Shown here piece after piece: positions 38,876-52,456 of a stretch of 64,000 nt of DNA. The notes below the pieces were generated by a model. That model saw only the letters and a program-made list of their open reading frames with translations. It searched no databases and had not been told where the DNA came from. Each line of letters opens with the position of its first letter. Positions within the stretch are counted from its first letter, which is position 1. The stretch comes from Lepidodermella squamata. Lineage: Eukaryota > Animalia > Gastrotricha. A program made the translations under genes and the position numbers. Where the stretch lies: assembly GCA_047495785.1 (NCBI GenBank), contig JBLDXI010000074.1:1-64000 (forward strand), read 5' to 3'.

Positions 38876-41800
38876 CTACCGAAGTCGATTGGAAAGTTGG
38901 TGGAATAGACAGAACTGTAATAAAATACATGTCACAAATCTAGGCGCTAACAAAACACTGCCAGTGTTCTTCCTGCCCCACTGGCCTTTCGGACGCGGGG
39001 TCGGCTGCAAATCAATCACTCGCTCTTGTAAGGAATTGCCGTTATTCGAGCCGAATTTCCCGTCAGCTTTAACATCAGGCGACGGCACCGCTGTATCCGG
39101 CACATCGACGTCTTTGTCAATATTGGCCAATAAATTGCCTGTTGATGAAGATTCAGTCATGTCATTGCCCTGGTAGTAGTAGACCTCGGGCGTTTCGATT
39201 GGCAGGGTGTTTGCAAGGGAGGGAGGTATCATTGGAAACGGGCTAGAAACAGTTGGCGCAACGAGGGGCGGAGGTAAAACAGCGTCATTTTCAGCATCTT
39301 CTTGCTGAGCTTCAGATATTATCTCCGGATCTGATAGCACATTAGTTTCTTCGATTGCCGGCGCTGGTGCAGTTGTAGTCGTCTGTGTAGTTGATGTCGA
39401 TGCAGTTGTAGTAGCCATTTTTGCGAAGTTTTCGTCGTACATGAAAATTAGGTCACGGCATTTTATGAGAGGTTCCAAGAATGAAGTAGGCCGGATGAGT
39501 TCGAAAAGTGACAAGTCGACGCCGATTTTAAGCTCGGCTGATGTCGATTCTCGATAGCCGTTGCCAGCAATACCATAGGAATTCGTGGATCTAGAAAAGT
39601 TGACAAATTATTTTAGAAAATTAATATAGAACGATGAGACCAATGGTGTCTTGATTTTTCGAAATTTTAAGTTAAGATAGGTATGGAAAATTGGTATAAC
39701 TTGAACTTGGTTCCAAGGTATAGAAACTTGGCGAAATTACACTTGGAGAAACTATAACTAGTATCGATTTCATGTATCAGTTTTGTAAATCAGTGATTTT
39801 CTTATTGATATGCGAAGTAGAAGCCCTAACTTTAGGGTTCCAGCTCTAATTGGAGGCTCCGGAAATGGATTTTCTTTTCCAAAAAATGGTTTCTCGAGTT
39901 TCCTTATTGTTTCCTTAATATTGCCACGCCTAGCCGAGAGATTCGTCAGTATGGGAATTATCTTAAAAGCCGATATCGATTCCAAGTATCGATTTTAGAA
40001 ATTTGTGATTTTTCAGTAATCAGGCATCTTGGTGGCCAATACTGAAAAGGTTACTACTGAGCTGATCGAGCCTAGTTGCCCAACTACGAAATTTGTCTAA
40101 CGGGATCTTCACGAATAAGGAAATAAAAAATCCCATTAGTATCCGTGTAGTATCCTAGTAAAAAAAAATCAAAAGCAAAAAATTAGAAAATGTGTTGCTA
40201 GGGCCCTTTAAATTAATGCCGGAACTTGTAAAAACTTCCTAAATGTTTGCTTATTTTTTCGAATTTTTTTTGAAAGCTTAGCTTACAGTTTAGATAAATG
40301 ATTTAATTATTATCAAGCTTCCCATTTTTTTATCAATAGTTTGTAGATTTTAGTAAATTTATACATTTTCGGCGGAAAGATTTCAGAAGAATGAATTCAA
40401 ATTGTGATGATTTCTATGCAAAAATACTGTCACATTTCACTTACATTGCAGACGGGGCCATAAGTGAAGGTGAAAGCGGCCTCTTGCTCTGCGCGTCGCC
40501 CACGTACAAAAAAGTCGCTCGATTAATCGCATCAATCGACGTCTCTAGCCTAATAAGCTGCAGCTCCTCAGTTGGCACCCGAATGCCAATCGCCAGACAC
40601 CCACCAGTCGGCGACACATCCTGCCACTCATGCAACCGCCACCGACTCGCCCTGCCACAATTTCCACCATGACTATACTCACTCAGGGTGGTCACAGCCT
40701 GGAAATTCCGAGGCCTAATACGGGCCCAATTCGTGTTGAACAAATAAGCAGCGCCGAACGGGGTCGTTGTATTCCGGCTGTTTCGATAAACCTTCGACTC
40801 AGCACTCGGGAAGGCGTTGTAGATACCCCGAACCAGCCGAAAATCTCCCCCGATTTCAACGTCATAAGTCGGAATACTACACAACGGGTCTTCGTAGTAC
40901 TGGAACAAACCTCGGAACAACGCGGCAGAAACTTCGCTGAAAATGATTTGCCGCATCAAAAACACGCCATAGGGCCGGGTTTCGCATCTTGTAGACACCC
41001 AGCGTTCGCTATTTTTGATGGTTTCATCGTACATTCTAACACTAGGCACGGGCTTGGGTCGTAGATTCGGCATTAGAAAGCTCGCATCAGGCGCCGAAAT
41101 TCTCAGGTTATTCAGGCGAGTTTCCAGTGACATTGCGCTGACGAAAAATTTCGAATAACAATTTTCTTCAATGTCATTCTGGCCCAAGGCGGCGCAGAGT
41201 GGGCACAAATGGGCGATGAAACTCTGCGATTTGTACTGGATTAGCAGATTAGCGGCGTACATTGACGGCTTGTAGTTGAGTTCGCCGAAAATTCCTCGGA
41301 AAATTTGGCCCGTTTTCAACACGGCAATTTCGCTCCAGTTTCGATCGCCGTTATTTTCGTCGATATTTTCGTGGAAAACGCGCCGTTTGTCGACGCGCAG
41401 TAGCAGCAGTTCGTCGATGTTGAAGCCGGCTTTTTTCAGGCAGTCGAGCCGGTCAATGTTTTTGCTGCGTTCCGCTTCGTCGACGATGCGCTGCACGGGC
41501 CGGCTGTTGACGGGCTCTGGCGGCCAGCGGAACATGTCCGGCGTCTGGTCGATTTCGTTGTACATTTCGAACACGACCAAATTGCTGTCTGTTATACTAG
41601 CGTTTTTCGCTAGAATTGGTAATTGTTGGGCGAGATGTGGCCACAACCTAGGAAAAGAAATTCGAATTTTAAATCAAAATTATGAAAAAATTAAAAATTA
41701 ATATTAAAATTGTTCTAATTAAAATAAAATTTAATAACAAAAATGGAAATTTTACAGGTGCAAACAGGGTCAAAAGTTGGTCACGCGATCTCGCCCGATG

Positions 41801-43114
41801 TCACACTTGAGTGATTTTATATCGAAAACGGCTGGGAAGCCGCTTTCGAAGGAAAAGCTTGTCATCACGGTGAGATCTATTATCCCTCGGTGAACAAAAT
41901 TCAGAATGAGTTTCTAAATTGTTGGGAATTTCATAATTAATTAAAAAATAATTAGTATAAATAGTCGTAAAATTCCTTTTATATGCCTTTTAGACACCCT
42001 GAGGTTGTGGTCACCCTAAAAATTATTCAACTGAGAATGAGATGTGGAAGAAAAAATAGAAAGAATAAATAATTTAAAAAATGTTTTTTAGAATTAATTT
42101 ATAAAATTTGGAAAATAATTTTATAGTTATTATTACCTGCCCATGTTGCATGACGGCCTAAATCTGGCCGCTTTTCGTTCCCGCCGCGTCTCCTCATCCT
42201 CACCGGCGTCTTCATCCTCGACCGTCACACCCTGATCATCCCCGCTCGCCATTGTCGTAGTCGGTTGATCGAACAACACGGCCTGGGTTAGGGTTTCCTC
42301 GCCATCGACCGACGACGGGGTGACATGAAGCGGCTGTTGGATGGAAAAGACGCTGTAGTTACTCGCTAGAAATGCCGACGCGTTGAAAACGGTTATCGAA
42401 ACGCGGAAGACGTTTATCTCGGCCTCTTCACCGCCAGGGGTCGACGAGAAAAATTGACGTGAGGGTGATTGGACCACAGTAATCTCACCCTGAAAATCGC
42501 AAAAAAATCAGAAAAATTTGTGAAAAAACTTCACTTCTAAAATATGTTGAGGATTTTTTTTATTTTAAAATTTTATTTAGAAATTAATAAATTATTATCC
42601 GCTGAATTACCTCAGCATTAAATGCGAAAATCGGTATTTTACAACCCGGATCGGCGAATTTGAAGTGTATAGACCGGAAAAACAGCCGCGATGATATCTG
42701 GTTCCACTCACTGCCGTAACTCGGGTTAGGCGGGATCGGATTTTCGTTGTCCTGTGAGGTCGTGTAAAACACATAGCGCCGGTACGTGAACTCAGGCCCA
42801 GGCGCTATTTCGCACCGCATCGACGTCCAAATGCCGTTTAGAGACGCGACAAATTTAGCTGAATCTGTGCCCGAAGCGGGTGAGGGCAGGGAGTTTGAGG
42901 CTAGAAGGGGTGAGTTGATAGCTGTGGCGCATTGCTTAGCGCTCTGGTCGTCTTTATCGGTTATTAGCGGGGCGGTAACCGGGGAGCCGGCCGGCGGAAC
43001 CCCGTCTCCCGAATCATCTGCGAGTGGGTTAAACTGGTATGTCCTAGTTTTTGCCTCTTCGATTAGGAAATCAGCGATTAATGCCAAAATGACTACAAAT
43101 CGTGGCGATATCAT
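38876..43114 (-). CDS. APCDD1: APCDD1-like protein (two APCDD1 repeats); exons 43114-42611, 42489-42137, 41647-40445, 39590-38876
   Basis: LNGIWTSMRCEIAPGPEFTYRRYVFY, WVSTRCETRPYGVFLMR, YYEDPLCSIPTY, WQDVSPTGGCLAIGIRVPTEELQL, RPTSFLEPLIKC; signal peptide and hydrophobic C-terminus; frame-consistent junctions. Confidence 0.88.
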
Positions 43115-45159
43115 AATACTTCCTAGATAATAATAAAAATTAGGTTAATTAAATTTTCTAGGTTAAACTAATAAAGAGAAAAGGATCCTCATTGCAGGAA
43201 AATGGGTCGATAATTTTTTCTGTTGACCCAAATCAATAACCAATTTTCCACACCCACTCGTACAAATTGTGAATGAATAATCGATAAAATGAAGGAGTGT
43301 CCCGTTTAAGATAAAAGTTGTTGGCTATGTATAGACTTGTTTTCCCTAACCTAAAGTGCGGTATCAGAAAAAGATGGTTTGATGAGTAAAAATATGAAAA
43401 AATGTCCGATTTTTCTGGAACGGGAGTTTGAAATTGCCCGTACGATGGAAGGATGAAAACGGGCTGTAGTTATCTTAAAAATCTTGAAAAAATCATAAAA
43501 TATATAAATTTTTATTGAAGCTCATCAGCAGCAAAAATCAACCCAAAAATCCGAAATTTGTACTTGAATATGCGTAGCAATTAGCATTTTCTAATCACTA
43601 TAATTGTATGGGAATCCGTAATGCGAAATTCGAAAATACTGCATATTTTTAGGAACTCGTAAATTACAATAATAGTTATTGTTTGTTTATCGTAAAAACA
43701 AAAATCTGATGGTAAAAGCAGAGATATAAAATAAGTGCAGTTAAATTGGCCAAAACAAATATTTATTTTTAAGTGAAAAGATATTTCGAAAAAATTTGCA
43801 AAATATTTAACGATTATCAAGGACAATGGGGGCGCGTTAGCGGCGCGGCGAGTGTTAAAAAAGATTTCGCCGGCTATTTTTATTCGGCCGCGCCTGTTTT
43901 GTTTTTCGATAATATATCAGCAGAGACCAAGGCGACGATGAAGAAACGCCAGTTGATGGCAATAATAATAATAATAATACAGTGACGAAGATGATGACGA
44001 TGATGAGTTGTTATTTTTCTACTGTCATTATTTGACCATTACCAAATTTTCAGCGATAAAAAGGCGCGCAATTCGATCTCTCACGAGACGCACAACTTGT
44101 TGCGCATGTTATATATTGCGGCTATGATTCGCGCACTAAGATTGGGTTATATACGCCTTAGATGACGGCAAAAAAAGCTGGGAGATTTACGACCCCAACA
44201 GTTCGGTCCCAGTGGCCTGGCTAGAGACAATTATTGCTTATATATTTGAAACATAGAAATAAAAAATCAACAAAGCACGCAATTTTTTGCACCCATATAT
44301 AAAATTGCGGTCGTCGAAATTTATGCTAATAGAGGTGCACTGTATAATAAAAATTCGCGCGCGTTTAGACCTCATTATTGCGGATGTTGCGTAACACCCC
44401 ACGCGCGCGACTTTTGACAAGGAAATTGCGCAACGGTGAGAAGATAAAAACGCGCTTCTGATTAGCGCGCCTTTCTCTCTGTGAACTGCAGCCGTGTTAT
44501 TTATTTGTTGTTCGGTCGACGGCTGAGTGGCAACTCGCGCCGGCTTATCGGGCGCCTACTTTACGCGCGTAAGGTCGTAGGCAGTTCTTGATGGCAGTTC
44601 CGTGTTATATTCGCGCGCTTAAATAAACGATGATGATTGAGGAGCGATAACGATGAACAGCGCGCGTAAATTTGACATTTAGCCATTGCGATTAACGCAA
44701 GCGATGGAACCCAATATCCCCCTAGTTGGCGAAAACTAATTGCTCGCAAAAAATACTGAATTCGCTTGGTTGTAAGTTGATCGAAATACGCTGATTGGAA
44801 AGGAGAGTTTTGTCAACATCAGAGTTTTGATCGGGAATTGCGTGATTGAACAAAGTATTAGGGATCAATGAACGACCGAAAAAAGCTCATGGGACACGCT
44901 TCGATGGATGGACGAGGAAAGCTAAAGAGAGGCACCTGCGAAACCTTCGAAATATTCTTGTGAATTTCCTCTGCGAGAGATGGAAATTCAACCTTTCTAT
45001 CAAAGCCAATCTACTTCAATATTTCGTTGATTTTTGATACGATATTTGCCGATTGCTTGACGAAGATAACCGAATTGTTTGGCCATCAAGCGGTTTACCG
45101 AGGTGAAATTTACGAAAAAATTAAAATTTCTAATTTCTAACCAGGCTTCCATTGGAAAA

Positions 45160-45990
45160 GCTATTTGCAAAATCGATATTAGAAATCGATGCGTGGGGCA
45201 TAGATTGCATTATCTCTAGCAGAATACGCAAAAAGAGCGAGAGATCTTCAGTTGATCCTCTACAATTGAAAATTGGAGGACTCAAACGGGCCGGAATATT
45301 GTATAGTCAAAACCGCATTTCGAAGAATGGTTTTGATACTGATCAGGAAAGCCATCAGAAATTATTGCCGGAGAAAAAACAAATGATAACTGTCAAAAAT
45401 CAAGCGATATTTTATTGCCGTATTCTCCGAAAGCAAACACTAAGCCGAAATGAGAGCACACCACACATTTATGCGAAAATCAGCTCATAGAGGCACTTTT
45501 TCCTGAATTCATAGTGATTTTTGGTGATGGTTTCTGTTTGATTACGTATTATTGCTGCTGTTGTTAGATCAGAAGAAGTCGACTCCTGGCCGCCGACCAT
45601 GGCCGAGTCGGCGTAGCTGGGCGAGGCAGCCGAAGAGCAAATAGTCGCCGGAGAAGGTCGAGTACTCGCCGGCGATCGAACTGCCGCGGTACAGCAAAAC
45701 GTAGACTTCATCGCCGCGCCGCAACTGCCCAACGTAATTGGCTACCTGTGCGTGTTTTTTATTTACAAAAGAATTAATTATAAAATAATCGAAAATCTCG
45801 CATCGGTCAATTGATAATGACATTCATTCTGTTGGCTGAAAACTATTTTTTTCAGCCAAAAATAAACGATAAAACACGAAGGATGAAAACGTGGAAACAA
45901 TTATTTTATATATAATTCAAATTTTTTTAATACTCTACTTATACCGATCCTCCGTCGAGGCGTACTGGGTTACATCATGATAGGATGGCC
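45160..45990 (-). pseudogene. Partial tandem duplicate of the C1q gene 3' end (end of exon 2, intron, last exon, 3' flank)
   Basis: Matches ~49400-50200 in the same orientation; last exon 45569-45744 VANYVGQLRRGDEVYVLL...VDFF; preceding donor and exon remnant degraded. Confidence 0.85.
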
Positions 45991-46229
45991 TCCACACAGC
46001 CCGCTATTTTTTTATACCTGTTCAGGCTTCCTTTATACCTCATTTCATTAGAGTGAATGTAATCTGTTTGATGTTGGTGAACACCGTTGCAGCATGTGAA
46101 ATTAAGCGTTTTAGACTTCAATAATTCTCATATCATTTTATTCGAATCCGTTGCGCCAAGTGAAAACATGATTTTTTATAGTTACAGATTGTTATTAAAA
46201 ACGGATGAATGGAACGAGACGGTTATAGC

Positions 46230-47695
46230 TCATTTAGTGGCCTCTTCGATCATTCCACGAATTCGACTGCAAATTCCACGAAGCATGGATTGGTTATGTG
46301 ACGTGCGTTCTCCAAAGATATTAAGGAATAGATCGTAAGGTTCTGAAACAAAATAGACGCCATCCATACGAAGCTTCAGGAAATACCAGCGCATAGTGTC
46401 GGTCACAATTCCGAAGGAAAATTTGTTGCCAAACTGAGAGCCTAGATGCTCAACGGTCAATCTTTTCTAAAATAGAGACTACTGATATGATATGGATGAA
46501 TCGGAGGAATTGCGCTAGTCATACCTTTGATAGACAATCCATTGCAACTAGGGCTTGAGGTATTCCAGATTCCGGGTTGTCCTGGCTCGAAGCAATAACT
46601 GCTATTTCAACATCCCCGCAGAAGATAACGATGTCTGCATCACCATTAAGCTTGCTGTACTCGTCATTGATGCCCACTTCGCGATCCAATACAAATTTAG
46701 GATCAAGTCCTTCTATTTTTTAATCAATATTACGAACACTGTTAAAGAGAACGCCAACACTTACGCAACGCAAAGAGGAAAAACGGCATGCTGAGAAACG
46801 ACCTTTTGGCTTCACGATCAATAGTGGAAAAAGGCATTCGCTTCGAAAAGAGCTACAATTTAGTAAAAATTACATTAGCTCTCATTAAAGTACAGTAACG
46901 AACATCAAGCATTTTATGAAAATCATCAAAATCGGTATCCGAAATTGGCGATTCAATGGGGCGGAAGGTTTCATATCTGAGACATAAAAATGCATTTTAC
47001 AAGCATTTCAAATTCGAAATCACTCACGATTTTATGTAGAACCGATCGAGTAAATTCATCCTGTCACAGAGAGAACGAAAGCAGGTGTCGATGCCCTTTC
47101 TTTCCAGTGCTTCAGCAATAGCCTTCAGTCGTTTGCTGATCGCATCATACTTAGGAATGGCTTCAGGTTTAAGTCGCGCTAAAATTTATTTGAAAAAGTG
47201 ACATAGAATACCTATTCACGCTTTGATTCTTACCTCTGACTTTATCCCCAACTGAAAAATGCAAAGAGATAACGCAAATTAATTAAATGACATAGATATG
47301 AAACTACCTTGAAGTTCCAATTCGTGAATTCTGGGCTTGTACTCTGCTAGGACTATTTCGATAGAACTTTTAGAAAGCGCAACAGATTGCTTCAAATTAT
47401 GCACAAGCCCAACGATGACATCCAACTGTTCTTGCAAATAGTTTCTGTCATCGCTGTCGGTTGTTGTCTCCAGCTCTTCACGCAGTGATGCAATTTCTAT
47501 CCGCCTTTCGGCAAGTTCTTCCCTCAGTTTAGCGCCCTTCGCGAGCAGTGGCTTCAGTTCGGCGTCTAACTGGTCTTTCAGCGCGTCGATATCTTTTAGA
47601 CTTGGTGATGGTTTGCTGGGAGGAGATTCATTGCTTGTTCCTGCGGTAGCTGTGCCATCTTCAGCTGATCGCATCCGTTTAGAGTTGTTCATCAT
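46230..47695 (-). CDS. 380-aa coiled-coil plus PD-(D/E)xK restriction-endonuclease-like (CR-REase/Crinkler-type) protein; exons 47695-47308, 47251-47234, 47178-47028, 46976-46904, 46852-46765, 46712-46525, 46466-46230
   Basis: Seven exons joined by 50-58-nt GT-AG introns give an open 1143-nt frame; C-terminal half REAKRSFLSMPFF...LDREVGI...LNGDADIVIF...IAVIASSQDNPESGIPQALVAM...FSFGIVTDTMRWYFLKL...VSEPY. Confidence 0.75.
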
Positions 47696-48443
47696 GCGAT
47701 CAAAGCTAGCTATAACAAGAGCTATATTCAAATTAATGTATCAAGATATAAATATTTAAAAACGATCCGGAATTTGGTATCCTAAAATTAGAGCATTTGA
47801 TGCTTCTAATTGTACAATGCAAATCGCATGATTTCTAATGTTGAGTTGTTTTTTCATTCAGAACGCGCACGTTTTTCGCGTATTTTCTCATTCATAAAAC
47901 AGCAACGCATTTTTACGCACAGCAATAATTTTATTTCTATTGCACACACAAAACGATGTTAATAACCGAGTACAGAAGGCGAGTGAAGCGAGCCTGGATG
48001 AGACGTTGAAACGAATCGAAGCAAAAGTGGAACGAGTGCGGAGACGAGTTTCAACGTTTCCCACTTTGTAGGCCACTTATCGCAGCCTATGCTTTTTATT
48101 GAACGTAGTATCCCCAAGCAAGTGACTCATTCTTCGTGCGGCGAGTGCTAAGTTATTGCCCTCAATAAAGCACTCACACACACACATAAACACGCACCTT
48201 CGGTGTTAGCAATAATGCGAGCGTTGCAAAACTAGCGCGAATTTCAGTAAATTGACTTCGCTCTCTACGGTGGTCATAATTTCGCTGAGCGGGGCATGTT
48301 CAGCGAGGTACTATAGCTGATGCTCACTTTCAGCACAAAATTTGATTCAAATGAGGTGAAAAAACCCGCATAACTTTTCAGAAGTCCATGAAAATTGGAA
48401 GCTGTTAGATCACTCGTTTTGATCCTAATCTCGAAAACGCTCC

Positions 48444-48536
48444 CTCGAGTAAACGGGGACGAGTGAAAAACGAGCAAGCGGAACGAGGCGCAGCCGAGTG
48501 GAGCGCTAGTTTGTTCACGAGTCGAAGTTTACGAGC
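48444..48536. repeat. Imperfect palindrome centred on cgaggcgcagccgag, probably TE-derived
   Basis: ctcgagtaaac...gtgaaaaacgagcaagcg vs cgctagtttgttcacgag...gtttacgag. Confidence 0.4.
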
Positions 48537-49756
48537 GGATACTTAACGGCGGATTTTTTTCGCATTTTTATTAGATGAAGAATTGAAACCCTAAATGTAT
48601 TGAAGAGCTTTATAGGTGTCATGGAGAGGAGAAATACGGCGTTTCGGAAAGTTGTCTAGAGTACCAGAATTTTTTCGTACCGGTCTAAAATTTATCGTAG
48701 TGATTACTACCAAGTAAAGTCAATGTAAACGTAATGGAAACACACCTGTTTCACAGAGTTTCGTTTCAAATCCATGCAAATTTTAAAAATTTTGCACACC
48801 TGTTCACCATATTGCGCAAATGCCGCAACAGGTGGGAATGCCTCTTCTTGCACGCAAGTCTTATTCTCATTAACAAGACGACGCTCAAAATCAGCCTTAA
48901 TGATGTGCAGATGACGGACTCGATAAAATTACAGCTGTTTTAGAATGCTTGTTTTGTCTAGAGTCTGATGATGGTATGAGCTAGTACCGAAACATCACTA
49001 TCAAATCAAAATGTCAGCAGAACATTGCTATGTTTCTTGTTAAAATTATTAGAAACAAATATCATTTCTCGAAATTGTGTTTAGCTTGAATCTTTGGATT
49101 TCATTTTCTTTGGCTCCAGTAATTTTTATCACAATTTCTCTTGCTGCGGTTGCCAATAATTTAGCTGTGATTTCGCGCAAAAGGTGAAATACAAATTCAC
49201 GACAAAAATTGCCATGTGAAGAAAAATATGAATATCGAAAAATGAATTAAGGCCCAATATTATATTTACGGCGAAAATTCTGCAATTTGTGACCGCAGCT
49301 TTATGTGTCAATGTATCTGATTCTCTGGCCAGTTGACCGGTTACTTCCAAGAAAGCCTAGTCATTTCGGATAGCGGCTATGATGATTTACCATAGATCAT
49401 ACTTATATTTGCAAAATCGATATTTGAAATTGATGCATGTTTTGTTATATCTGGGGAGGGAACCTATTGCCCTATTGAATATGTTAACGAAATAATACGA
49501 AAGATCTTCCTTTGATCCTCGATAATTGATATACAATCTGAAGAAAACATGAGGTATTGATAGCTGACAAAAATCAAGCGGTATTTTATTGCCGTAATTT
49601 TCGCCTCACATCTCTCCGAAAGCAAACACAAAGCCGAAATGAGAGCACACCACACATTTATGCGCAAATCAGCTCATAGAGGCACTTTTTCCTGAATTCA
49701 CAGTGATTTTTGGCGGTTTCTGTTTGATTATGTATTTTATTGCTGCTGTTGTTAGA

Positions 49757-51172
49757 TCAGAAGAAGTCGACCGGCGTCAGTGGATTCGTCGACTCCTGGC
49801 CGCCGAACATGGCCGAGTCGGCGTAGCTGGGCGAGGCAGCCGGCGGGTCGGCGAAGAGCAAATAGCCGGAGAAGGTCGAGTACTCGCCGGCGATCGAACT
49901 GCCGCGGTACAGCAAAACGTAGACTTCATCGCCGCGCCGCAACTGCGCAACGTAATTGGCTACCTGTGCGTGTTTTTTATTTACAAAAGAATTAATTATA
50001 AAATAATCGAAAATCTCGCATCGGTCAATTGAAAATGGCATGTGACTAAAAGCTATCTTTATCAGTCAACAATTGATGGTGAAAGATGAAGAATGAAAAC
50101 GTGGAAAAATTATTTCTATGAGTTTCCATTAAATAGTCTACTTACCGATCCGCCGTCTTGAGTCGAGGCGTAAAGGGCTACAGCATGATAGGATCCATGC
50201 ATGATGAAAGCAGTGATTCCGGCGCCGGCAGTTTGCGCGCGAAGGGTGACAAAAAATGCGTAGATGCCCCCAATGGGTGCCACGAATTTATACGAGTATT
50301 CATTGTATCCTTTGCCAGCATTGAGGCGGACGTCCTTGAAAGCCGTGGCGTTGTGCTGGGACAAGGGTCCTTGCGGCTCTGGGGCCATGGCGAAGAAGGC
50401 GATGCGGTCACGTGAAACGGCGGCTGTTGGAGGTCCAAAGCCTTGTGGTGCGGGTGGTCCCGGCTCACCCTTCTCACCCTTCGTTCCGTCTTCACCTTTC
50501 GGACCGCTAAAACGAGGATAAAGTAAAGACTGAGTAATATTTCAATCAAGTTGAAATTTTTAAAATTTTATTCGACTCGCAATCAAGAGGATCTTTGATT
50601 GGGTGATTAGGGTGACATGTGACATGGGTGATCTATAAGGTTACAAAAAGCTAATGATTTCCGGACTTGTGATGCCTTTAGTCACCCTATCACCCAATAG
50701 GTGACTAAAGGAATCCCAAATGTACGATTCTTTGGTGCCTTTTTTTCATGAAATTTCTGGTTCTCTGCTTCCCCCATCACCCCAGCGTCACCCAGCTGAT
50801 CCGGGGTGCCATTGTGGAACTGATGTTTGGTTATTTCCTCTTTTGAAATATCACCCATCAAATTGTTCACTAAAATACTTACCGCCGGCCCGGTCGTCCA
50901 ATCTCCCCTAGCTCGCCCTTTTCACCCTTCGTACCCATCTGGCCGGGTATGCCAGGAATACCAGCCGTCGCTATGCAACAACACTGATTGCCGCCATTTT
51001 GGCAGCACTCTCGCTTGTCGCCAGTCGCGTAGACGCTACTCTGGCCGCCTGGTCCAACAGGACTCAACGGAATGTTGTTATCCTGAGCAAGAAACGACTT
51101 GATCTGAAACTCCTCGCCGTAAACTAGCAGAAACGAAGCGGCAAAAACGGTTAATTTAAACGCCGCTGCCAT
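49757..51172 (-). CDS. Secreted collagen-C1q (C1qTNF/C1QL-like) protein; exons 51172-50883, 50506-50146, 49963-49757
   Basis: Signal MAAAFKLTVFAASFLLVYG; CC...CCC cluster; Gly-X-Y repeats; gC1q RIAFFA...FKDVRLNAGKGY...FVAPIGGIYAF...QLRRGDEVYV...STFSGYLLF. Confidence 0.9.
50598..50860. repeat. GGGTGA/TCACCC motif-rich foldback element in C1q intron 1
   Basis: gggtga repeated on the left and tcaccc repeated on the right. Confidence 0.4.
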
Positions 51173-52456
51173 TTCCCGAAAATTTCGAACCGAAAAATGT
51201 GTGTATTCTACTGGCGTTGTATTGTTATTAGGTTCGTCAAAACAAGTTGTGATGGCGACAACAACGCGCTCTGGAACCAATAAATAACAACAAGTTATCG
51301 AATTACGCCGAGACAGTAGAAGTAGTCGTGCTCATCCTCGGGGCGGTTCTTCGCATCAAATTACGCGGGTCAGTAAATTTGCGGCAAATCATCTTTCATC
51401 CGCGCATTAGTCGTCCGCCTTAATGCATTGCGACATTGGCGTTATCAAGGCGGCGGCACCTTGGTCGATACATACACTATACCCTCAAATCGAGCGTGAA
51501 TTTTATGTTTGAAACACCCTGCTTGAGGCGACTTTCTAGCAGCTTCTATGATTTTCCACTTTTATTTATACAACTCCCGTTATTCATTCATTCACTTGTC
51601 TTCTCTCAATTATTTGATTATCGCGACATACACTGCTGACGATTTTCATGTACACAACGACAGGTGAGACGATAGGTGTGGTCAGAAATCAATAGCAAAA
51701 TTTGGTCAGAAGAACAAGAAGAAGAAGAAGACACAATAATCATCAACAACAACAACAATAACAGTAAAATTTGCGCAAGGAAGCGTCGCTCATCAATCAT
51801 CCACTCGCCCATCATTATTATATATACGTAAAAATTATTTTTCTCACTTTTTTCTGTAGAAAAAGATGCGCGTGTGAAATAAAGCGATATAGAATATTAT
51901 TATAATATAATTAAACAATAAAATTTTTACAATTTTTTTCAACATTGATTGTGCCGTAGTAATCATTTCCAGCGGTAAAAAAGAGTGGTCCTTAGGTCAG
52001 TATTTTTTCCCCGCAATTTTTTTTCATGTAATACACATCGAGAAAGCTCATGTTTAAATTAGTGTTTTGTGTTCAGAAGCGCTGTTTTGGCATGCGGCGG
52101 CGAAAAAAATTAGTGAAAAATTAAACCCAGCCATCGACATAGAATTTCCAAGGTCAATTTTTTGCATGTCAACATAAATTATATTTATAGGCGAAATTGG
52201 CGGAAAAAACGTGGCTGCGATCATCAAAATAACGGAGTACGTAAAAAACGCGGAGACGGTGGACAAAAATTGGCGAAAAAACACTATAGCCATCACAGAT
52301 AGCGGGATAAAATTAAACGACAACAACTTGAAAAATCGACACTTTTCTATCCTATGCAATGTTGAAATTTGTAATTATTCACTCGAAAGAAATTGTTCCA
52401 TGCCCTCTTCCGGGTTCATTTTTCGATTTTTTTACGGGTACTTTTTGATTGATCAA

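Noticed and set aside
41757-41913. Possible extra APCDD1 exon
   Set aside because: Incompatible with the phase-2 junction (immediate stop); exon 2 joins 41647 cleanly without it
47960-48072. Short helix-like frame RVQKASEASLDETLKRIEAKVERVRRR on +
   Set aside because: Too short, with no start or splice context, to support a gene
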